Of a DNA stretch of 20,000 nucleotides, positions 1 through 7,217 are shown piece after piece. Both the position numbers and the translations under genes were made by a program. Under the pieces are notes generated by a model. It was not told the DNA's origin, ran no database searches, and saw only the letters and a list, made by a program, of their open reading frames with translations. The stretch comes from an uncultured virus (IMG/VR IMGVR_UViG_3300013936_000024) (taxonomy: Duplodnaviria; Heunggongvirae; Uroviricota; Caudoviricetes). Numbering within the stretch: position 1 is the first letter of the stretch; every line of letters begins with the position of its first letter. The stretch lies in the IMG/VR virus record IMGVR_UViG_3300013936_000024; one strand, written 5' to 3'.

Positions 1-2
1 TA

Positions 3-39
3 TTTATAATTGACGGCAATACAAACCGTCAATTATAAA
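3..39. terminator. Perfect 14-bp hairpin (terminator or regulatory stem-loop) upstream of ORF 66
   Basis: tttataattgacgg (3-16) is the exact reverse complement of ccgtcaattataaa (26-39), with a 9-nt loop. Confidence 0.55.
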
Positions 40-65
40 GGATAATAAATTAATTAATTAATATT

Positions 66-1556
66 ATGGGTATATCAGATTTTAACAAAAAAATTCTACA
101 AATTTTAAGAAATACCGAAATGGTTGCCGACCGTGCAGCTGCTATCGCAAAGATAGAAGGTATGAAGGAAGCCAAACGTGACGGTGAACTCATAGCTTGC
201 CGTTATACTAAAGGAGATACCGTTAAGGCAATTATCGGTGTTGTAACTAAAGTAGGTGGCAAGGATGCTATCGTTACATATTTCGAAGGCATTAATAACG
301 GCGAAACAATTCCTGATGTCATCAAAGCCTCTCTTGACAATCTGACGACTGAAGTCAATTCCATAGAGCAAGGTGCAGGTCTTGAAGACAACGGAAGCTA
401 TAAAGCTGATGCCGCTGACAATATACTAAAGACCTCGACATCACTAAAAGATGCCGACAGTAAGTTGTCTGATGCAATTGAGAAACTTCAGTCTAACGTT
501 GAGATAAAGAAATATGCTAATAAGGTTAGTCAAGAATTGCAGGACGCTAACTACACAAGTGCTCAAGCTGACGTATATAACGTACTCCACACCAATGAAG
601 ATGGTACTGACGAGAAAGTCGATGACTTCCAACTCACATATACGCCCCTCTCGCCTATGGACTTGAAAGTTCCTGCGACAATGGGTGACATCACACAGGG
701 TACAAAGGCAAGTGAACTGAAAGGTAAACCATTGTCTGAAATCCTTGACAGCATCATTTTCAAGACTATCTACCCGACTGTTACCGACCCATCAGCAAGC
801 ATATCGTTCAAAGGATTCAATAACAACGGTTTGGTTGAAGTTGGTGCAACTGCACCAAAAGTGGCAGACAATTTCACAACGTCACTTTATAAGGGTAAGG
901 TAGAGGTGAAAGACGGAGTAACCGCAACTACCGACTACGTGGGAAATGCGTCAGCAACGACAGTCAAAATGACATATGTGCCTTATGCGGCTAACGCCAA
1001 TGCCGGTACAACCTCTGACGGTAGCGCAAAAAATGACGTAACGGAATTCGATGAAAAGTTCGGTCTCGGTAAATATACATATAGGGTTACTATTGACTAC
1101 GTGCAAGGTTCTGTAATGAGGACATCAAAGGGCGCAACACCTAATCCAATGCCAACAACCAATAAGGGTAATGTTGCCAATCCTCATGCGGCCGGAAACG
1201 TTACAAGTGGCATAGTCACTTTGAACGCCACGCTGCCTATATTCGCTACGACTAACACTACTACCAATACCTCAAAGCAGGGTCTTATCGCTTGGGGGGC
1301 AATGACATTCGCACCTTCTGCAAAATGGCCTGCGACTACAGCCTCTGCGCCGCTCGTAATTGAGACTCCAAGAAAGATAAACACTTTCTACGCATACAAT
1401 GAAGTTTCAGGCAAGTTTGACGTTAACGTTAAAAGTAGTCTGTCCTCACCGGTCGAGATAAACAAGACTTTCGGTGACAAACAGTATAAATATTTCCAAT
1501 ATAAATGGGTCGGCGGAGCTGCTGATTCAAAGAGATATCAGGTAGTTACATTCTAA
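66..1556 (+). CDS. Putative virion structural/fibre protein (496 aa)
   Basis: Long ORF with a Thr/Ala/Gly/Asn-rich, beta-like C-terminal half. Contains an EVNSIEQGAGL..NG motif shared with the next ORF. Phage context. Confidence 0.55.
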   Translation: MGISDFNKKILQILRNTEMVADRAAAIAKIEGMKEAKRDGELIACRYTKGDTVKAIIGVVTKVGGKDAIVTYFEGINNGETIPDVIKASLDNLTTEVNSIEQGAGLEDNGSYKADAADNILKTSTSLKDADSKLSDAIEKLQSNVEIKKYANKVSQELQDANYTSAQADVYNVLHTNEDGTDEKVDDFQLTYTPLSPMDLKVPATMGDITQGTKASELKGKPLSEILDSIIFKTIYPTVTDPSASISFKGFNNNGLVEVGATAPKVADNFTTSLYKGKVEVKDGVTATTDYVGNASATTVKMTYVPYAANANAGTTSDGSAKNDVTEFDEKFGLGKYTYRVTIDYVQGSVMRTSKGATPNPMPTTNKGNVANPHAAGNVTSGIVTLNATLPIFATTNTTTNTSKQGLIAWGAMTFAPSAKWPATTASAPLVIETPRKINTFYAYNEVSGKFDVNVKSSLSSPVEINKTFGDKQYKYFQYKWVGGAADSKRYQVVTF

Positions 1557-1587
1557 ATAAACAATTTAAACGAAAGAAATTTATAGC

Positions 1588-3096
1588 ATGGCTAGTATAA
1601 AATTTACAAATCCGATTGCTCTCCCGGCTCCTTTTAAAGCCGGTTCTTGTGACCCTGTCGATCCAAGACAAGTAGTTGAGACCAAAGATGACATGGTTAA
1701 GAACTGTGCTGATACATTCGGTACTGTCGGAGATTATTGCCTTATTGCACTTGGACTGCATGTGTATGTTGAGACAGAAAAAGCCGAATACATGTATGTA
1801 GGCCCTTATTCAAAAGGAAATGGTATTCTCACCACTGAAGCACAAAAAGAATCTAATTGGCGTAAAGTTTCTGACGCTAATTCATCAGCCGACCACGTAA
1901 CAGACAAACTGCAAGACTTACAAAGCCAAATCGGTACAGGCTTCGACGAGACTAATACAGTCAAAAAAGCCATCGAGGACGAGAAAGCCGCAAGAAAAAC
2001 TGCGATAGAAGCATTAGACAAGGAGGATGTTGCCGTAAAGGGTCAGTTCGTTGATTCAGTCAGCGAGACCGACGGAGTTATTACCGTCAGCCGTAAGTCC
2101 ATTACTTCAAATGACAAGTCAGTAACTCTGAATACCAATAACGGAGTTGACGTAAGTGTGAACATCGACGGCACTACCATCGTACGCAACGAAAACTCGG
2201 GTAAGCTAAGCGTAGCAAGCGAAGCGATAGTACAATATGTCGGCGCAGAGTCAGTTAAGGTCTCGGACGTTAACAAGGAAACCAATACAAAGACAATCTC
2301 ACTCGCGATCGATAATGACGATGTACTGTCACAGTCTGATAAAGGCATAAAATCGTCTATAAAACTCGTTGAGCTTACTGCCGACGAACTTAAAGCCCTA
2401 GGTGAGACAAACGTCAAGACTGCATATAAATTGGTTGGTAAAGATGGTACTACAGCAAAGGGCGCACTTGTCAAGATAAACAAAGACCAGACTCTGAAGA
2501 GTGTTAAATATGAAAATCAGATACTTACTTTCACATACACACTTGCAGATGGCACTGACAGTGTAGTGGAAGTTAGCATGTCTGACCTTATCCAAGAAAA
2601 AGAAATGGGTGATGGTATAGAATTGGTCGATCACAAGGTTACTGCCAAGATTGATGCCAAAAGCGAGAATTACTTGACTGTAAGTGCAGACGGTCTTAAA
2701 GTAAGTGGTGTCGATGATGCAATAGATGCTGAGACAGAACGTGCCAAGGGTGTCGAGGGAGAACTTACCGCATCAGTTAACACAGTCGAGGCAAGCGTAG
2801 GCTTGGCTGAAAATGGCGACCACGTTACAACAAAGGGCAATTACACAAATCAGGCTACGACTGTCGTTGGTGAGATTGCCGCACTTGACGCACAGGTTAA
2901 GAAGAACTCTGACGCTATTGCCAAGAACCACGTCGAGGCTGCTGACGAAAGTGTCGTAGTCGATAACTCTGCCACAAACAAGACTACCATAAAGGTACAG
3001 TTCGCCGCTGCCAAAGAAGGAAACGCAAATGACTTGTTCACCATTGAAAGCGGAGGCATCACAATGTCTAATGTTTGGGACTGCGGAACATATTAA
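1588..3096 (+). CDS. Putative virion fibre/structural protein (502 aa)
   Basis: Long ORF with an N-terminal P-V-D-P-R-x-V-V motif, short coiled-coil segments (AIEDEKAARK, AIDAETERAK), beta repeats and a C-terminal WDCGTY. These resemble phage fibre/decoration proteins. Confidence 0.55.
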   Translation: MASIKFTNPIALPAPFKAGSCDPVDPRQVVETKDDMVKNCADTFGTVGDYCLIALGLHVYVETEKAEYMYVGPYSKGNGILTTEAQKESNWRKVSDANSSADHVTDKLQDLQSQIGTGFDETNTVKKAIEDEKAARKTAIEALDKEDVAVKGQFVDSVSETDGVITVSRKSITSNDKSVTLNTNNGVDVSVNIDGTTIVRNENSGKLSVASEAIVQYVGAESVKVSDVNKETNTKTISLAIDNDDVLSQSDKGIKSSIKLVELTADELKALGETNVKTAYKLVGKDGTTAKGALVKINKDQTLKSVKYENQILTFTYTLADGTDSVVEVSMSDLIQEKEMGDGIELVDHKVTAKIDAKSENYLTVSADGLKVSGVDDAIDAETERAKGVEGELTASVNTVEASVGLAENGDHVTTKGNYTNQATTVVGEIAALDAQVKKNSDAIAKNHVEAADESVVVDNSATNKTTIKVQFAAAKEGNANDLFTIESGGITMSNVWDCGTY

Positions 3097-3135
3097 TTGA
3101 AAACAACAACAAAAACAAAACGGACATAGTTGCTA

Positions 3136-3180
3136 AGAACCTCGTACAGGATGTTTTCCCGTACGGGGTTCTGTTTTTCT
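3136..3180. terminator. Rho-independent terminator, probably bidirectional, between convergent genes
   Basis: agaacctcgtacagga / tcccgtacggggttct stem (14 of 16 Watson-Crick pairs) followed by gtttttctt. Lies between the stops at 3096 (+) and 3184 (-). Confidence 0.8.
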
Positions 3181-3183
3181 TGT

Positions 3184-4839
3184 CTATTCTGCCATTTCGT
3201 CTTCTTCTACCTCGTTGTTCTTTGTGAAATCCTTGTCAACAATATCGAAGATGCTTCCAATTTTCACTTTGTATTTCTTTGAGACGAAATCGCCATTGTT
3301 TATATTCTCATCTATCAGTCTCAGCAACTTTTCGGGAAGCACCCCCTCTTCAAGTACCTTATCGACATCTTCTCTTTTAAGAGACGCTATACAATTATCA
3401 TAAGATTCTTTTTCTTCACGAATCCCTTCTTTCTCCAACTCTTTCTGACGGTCAAGATAATTTTGCTTTATCTTTCCCCAATCCATTCCACATTCCTTTG
3501 TATACGGAGGCACTTTATTGTTTTCTATCCAGAATTTTATCTCCTTATCCTCGATGGTCATCAATTGCTCATATGTATCTTGGTCGATTGTCTCATATGG
3601 CTGTCCTGCAACGAGTTGACTTTCGTTCTCCGTAAATTCCTTTCTATCCTTTGGGGAAGTTATTAGTATGTTATTTATTGTCTTGCCTTTTTCATTGACA
3701 GTGTAACGAATTTTTTCGTTAAAGCACACAAGCAGAGGTTTAATACGTTTATTAAACATATCGATATATTTCTCTTTGTTATACTCAATGTCGTCTGAAC
3801 AGAAGTGATCGTCCTCATCCTCGACAATATCATTAGGTAATCTAACACAATTAAAAATGATAACATCCTTATCCTTTATTGATGGATATGCCTTGTGTAT
3901 ATAATCATCTTTTGATATGTATTTTTTCTTAGAATTTGGTGGAGTTAACACAATAGGGTCATTGGCTTTTTTAAGACGGTTGTATTCACTTTCCAATCCT
4001 TTTGACAGAGACACAATATTTCCTTTACGGTCAGTCTTAGGAGTGCCATCTTCATTGGTCATGTAATCGATTTCTTTCCCATCTCTTCCGTCAAAATAGT
4101 ACTTAGTAACTCTTTGTACATCAGACACCGATTTCTTGTCACCTGTGTTAATATAATAGATAGTGTCACCCATATTGACTGACAAGTTATCACGTATGGC
4201 TAATTCATACCAAGCTTGTCTTGCTTTCTTTGTACCACCAGCAGTTAACTGCTTGCAACTTTCCTTATATGTCTCGATGGAGGTTTTTATTTTGCCAACA
4301 GTCGCAATATCTTTCAAAGGAATTTGCATATTATAAATTTTCTCAATATAATCATAATAATAGTTAAGAAAATCAGAACCCTTGCCGTGCAATAGCATAT
4401 CAATGGCATTATTAAGAAACTTCTCAATATATATCGGCATCTTTTTTGATTTGATAGTGTTGCCTACCAGTTTCTTAGAACCATCAGGCATTAAATCAGC
4501 GTAATTTTTACGAGCGAATTGGATACAAGCGTCACAATACTCATCGATTCCTAAACCGTTCTTTAATACTCCTCCATTGTATGCTTCATTAATAAATGTA
4601 TCCTCGAATTCAGCAACATCGGCGTCGACCTCGGTGTATTCTTTTCCTTTCTTGACATTACGGCCGAGTCCCTTACCTATATAAGGATGCTCTTTTGTAT
4701 AACGATATTTTAACGGTTTTTGGAAGTTGAACCCATCAGTATTACTTAATACGTTCATTCCCAATGCATTAACAACAGTTCCATCTAATGAAATGTCGTA
4801 TACATAATCATCTGTTTTGCCTAATTTTGTTATTTTCAT
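3184..4839 (-). CDS. polB: Family B DNA polymerase, C-terminal fragment, preceded by split-intein C-part (551 aa)
   Basis: After a 33-aa intein C segment the ORF continues with TDG (second half of motif C), then FARKNYA (KxY region) and KKLVGNTIKSKK, followed by a thumb-like region (MGDTIYYI, YNKEKYI). Confidence 0.9.
   Translation of the reverse strand: MKITKLGKTDDYVYDISLDGTVVNALGMNVLSNTDGFNFQKPLKYRYTKEHPYIGKGLGRNVKKGKEYTEVDADVAEFEDTFINEAYNGGVLKNGLGIDEYCDACIQFARKNYADLMPDGSKKLVGNTIKSKKMPIYIEKFLNNAIDMLLHGKGSDFLNYYYDYIEKIYNMQIPLKDIATVGKIKTSIETYKESCKQLTAGGTKKARQAWYELAIRDNLSVNMGDTIYYINTGDKKSVSDVQRVTKYYFDGRDGKEIDYMTNEDGTPKTDRKGNIVSLSKGLESEYNRLKKANDPIVLTPPNSKKKYISKDDYIHKAYPSIKDKDVIIFNCVRLPNDIVEDEDDHFCSDDIEYNKEKYIDMFNKRIKPLLVCFNEKIRYTVNEKGKTINNILITSPKDRKEFTENESQLVAGQPYETIDQDTYEQLMTIEDKEIKFWIENNKVPPYTKECGMDWGKIKQNYLDRQKELEKEGIREEKESYDNCIASLKREDVDKVLEEGVLPEKLLRLIDENINNGDFVSKKYKVKIGSIFDIVDKDFTKNNEVEEDEMAE
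4741..4839 (-). mobile_element. Split intein C-fragment (IntC, 33 aa)
   Basis: MKITKLGKTDDYVYDISLDGTVVNALGMNVLSN|T: block F (YVYDIS), block G ending in Asn, +1 nucleophile Thr. Confidence 0.88.
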
Positions 4840-4849
4840 ATTTAAATTA

Positions 4850-5647
4850 TTACCTTAAACTAAAATCGTTTTTATTAATACCATTTAATATGTAATTCTC
4901 GTCATAATTAACATTATTAATATACATTATAGGTAAATTATGTTCTTTACAAAGTTTTTGCTTCGTCTTATCTCTTTCTTTTATTATTTTAAACTCTTGT
5001 AACGCCCATTCTTTTCCTCGTCCTGCGAAATCGACTGGTTCATAATGTTGTCGTCCTTGGCATTCAATCGCAATATGATAATCGGTCAAATAAAAATCTA
5101 AATATAAATTTATTTTATATTTAAGCCAAGTGAATGTTTTTTCTCTAACATAAGCTATGTTGTTATTATCTAATAGGCTACAAAGATTTTTTTCCATCTT
5201 ACTTTGTATTCTTCTGCCATTGCGACATTGTATACAGCCTCCATCCTTTGACGTAATGTGGTCACAGGCAATTTTATGAAATAAATTTCCGCATCTTTTA
5301 CATTTAATAGTTATAATAGAATGGCTATTTTCGTATTCATTTCTAATATTAGGATAGCAAAATAGGTCGTCAAACCTTTCATTAGTTATACTCAAAAAAT
5401 GAATATAATTATTTTTTCTGAACGTCTTTGCATATTCTTTACCGCATATAGGACAACCTTGTCCTTTTAAATGATTTTTAGGTGTTTGTGAAAAAATGCC
5501 ATGAATAGGACATAGAATGTCCACTTTTGTTGTTTTATTTATAAAGTAAACATTATTATATCCGTATTTCCCTTTATGGACGATTGTTGCATTATTTTTA
5601 AATTCTTCTTCTCTTTCTTTTCTTTTTAATTCATTCATTCTATACAA
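4850..5647 (-). CDS. Putative free-standing homing endonuclease, zinc-ribbon repeats + Vsr/DUF559-like PD-(D/E)xK domain (265 aa)
   Basis: CPIHG..F.QTP..HL.G.GCPICG repeat plus a second CxxC...CxxC unit. C-terminal LDFYL...IAIECQGRQHY. The start is TTG at 5647 or ATG at 5638. Confidence 0.75.
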   Translation of the reverse strand: MYRMNELKRKEREEEFKNNATIVHKGKYGYNNVYFINKTTKVDILCPIHGIFSQTPKNHLKGQGCPICGKEYAKTFRKNNYIHFLSITNERFDDLFCYPNIRNEYENSHSIITIKCKRCGNLFHKIACDHITSKDGGCIQCRNGRRIQSKMEKNLCSLLDNNNIAYVREKTFTWLKYKINLYLDFYLTDYHIAIECQGRQHYEPVDFAGRGKEWALQEFKIIKERDKTKQKLCKEHNLPIMYINNVNYDENYILNGINKNDFSLR

Positions 5648-5681
5648 TTTGTGTAATTGTTTAATACACTGAAGTTATCGA

Positions 5682-5713
5682 CAAAGTTACCGTTTATTTT
5701 CGTATTTACCAAG
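5682..5713 (-). promoter_or_regulatory. Putative Bacteroidota-type primary sigma promoter
   Basis: Minus strand reads CTTG-N20-TAACTTTG, close to the consensus TTTG-N19-21-TAnnTTTG. It sits in the intergenic gap upstream of ORF 4850-5647 and the polB C-fragment. Confidence 0.55.
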
Positions 5714-5732
5714 AATATTATACTAAAATCGG

Positions 5733-7142
5733 TTAAAACTCTATTTTTTTCTTCCATTCGTATACAGAATTTCCGCTATCGAATATCCTATATGTCTCTT
5801 TTTCTATATCGATTATCTTCAAATATCGATGTCTATTAGCGACATAATAATAATTTGGTTCGGTATTTTTTAAGAACTTAAAACCGATATTTTTAAACTC
5901 ATTTCCATTATCCCATCGTCTATCAATCTTGACTATAACAACGATAGGATTATTTTCATTCACGAAAAAATTAAAAAGTCCTTTTACACCATTTATTACC
6001 TTTGTATTTAGTCTATTGCAATATGTGACTAATTCATATTCGTCATCAGTTATTTTATTAAATCCTAACAACGAGACCAATTCATTTTTATAAAAATTAC
6101 CATATACTATTTGAGGATTAACGATATTATAAATTGAATTTGTTTTTAAAAAATCAATACATTGTTTCGGAGATAACTTTTTAATAACACATAGTTCAGA
6201 GGAAATCTTATTTGGTACATTGTCTGTTATTTCTCTTATTTTAGATTTAACAATATCTTTCTTAAATACCCATTCGTCTTCAAAAATATGCAGTAGTCGT
6301 ATTCCTTGCTTAATACAATCTTCTGTCTTTTTCAAATGGTAGTGATTATTTTTACAATATTCTTCACTATGCCATATTAAGCCATCGTGTTCTATTGCGA
6401 TGTTTTTAGACGGAATATATATGTCAATTTCCTTGCCATCTGTCAATATTTTACGATTATTCTTAATAACTTCGAGACCAAGTTCATTTTCGATGAAATC
6501 TGATATTTCATTTTCTTGAGTTGAGACAACATTGGAACAATAAGGACAACCGTGACCGCATAGATGCTTGTTTGGCATTTGCCAATAATGATGACCATTG
6601 GCACATATTATTTCAATTGGAATCTTTGCCCCTTTGTATTCCGCAAGGCTATAATCCTCGGTATTTTTATGAATAATATTGGCTTTTTTGACGAACACCT
6701 CTTTTGTCATCAACATATTATTAGCGTTCTGTTCGGTAGCGCATTTAGGGCAGCCGTGACCTTGTAGATGTGAATATGCCTTCTGAGTGAAAATCCCGTG
6801 CTTTGGACAAATAATGTCAACGTCTTTAGTTGCTCCTTGATATACTGTTATTGTATAACGATATTTAAAGTTGTGGACAATATTTGCCTTAGTAATAAAT
6901 TGTTCGTTTGTAAACGATTGAGTTTTTGCCATATTTCGTTTTCCACATTTCGGACACCCGCAACCTTTTAAGTGACTATACATATTTTGCAGAAAATCTC
7001 CATGTATGGGGCATGTTATTGTTACTCGTCTTTTAGTATCTTTTTTCGAGATATCTGTTTTTGTATAGTCGTAATAATCTCCGAATATATCTCTTGCTTT
7101 ACTTTTAAATTCATCAGTCGATTTAATGACAGTTTTATACAT
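5733..7142 (-). CDS. Putative Hef-like homing endonuclease with three zinc-ribbon repeats (469 aa)
   Basis: CPIHG/CPKHG/CANGH...GCPxC repeats. Nuclease motifs EIDIYIP..IAIEHDGLIWHS and LLHIFEDEW. Extra C-terminal domain IDRRWDNG...GFKF...PNYYY...RIFDSG. Confidence 0.75.
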   Translation of the reverse strand: MYKTVIKSTDEFKSKARDIFGDYYDYTKTDISKKDTKRRVTITCPIHGDFLQNMYSHLKGCGCPKCGKRNMAKTQSFTNEQFITKANIVHNFKYRYTITVYQGATKDVDIICPKHGIFTQKAYSHLQGHGCPKCATEQNANNMLMTKEVFVKKANIIHKNTEDYSLAEYKGAKIPIEIICANGHHYWQMPNKHLCGHGCPYCSNVVSTQENEISDFIENELGLEVIKNNRKILTDGKEIDIYIPSKNIAIEHDGLIWHSEEYCKNNHYHLKKTEDCIKQGIRLLHIFEDEWVFKKDIVKSKIREITDNVPNKISSELCVIKKLSPKQCIDFLKTNSIYNIVNPQIVYGNFYKNELVSLLGFNKITDDEYELVTYCNRLNTKVINGVKGLFNFFVNENNPIVVIVKIDRRWDNGNEFKNIGFKFLKNTEPNYYYVANRHRYLKIIDIEKETYRIFDSGNSVYEWKKKIEF

Positions 7143-7166
7143 TGTTATTTCTTATTAAGATAGAAC

Positions 7167-7206
7167 AAATGATTCTACCGAGACAAATTATCTGATAGAA
7201 TCATTT
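7167..7206. promoter_or_regulatory. Stem-loop between the polB N-fragment stop and the endonuclease start
   Basis: aaatgattcta (7167-7177) / tagaatcattt (7196-7206) is a perfect 11-bp inverted repeat with additional imperfect inner pairing. Confidence 0.55.
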
Positions 7207-7217
7207 ATATGACTACA

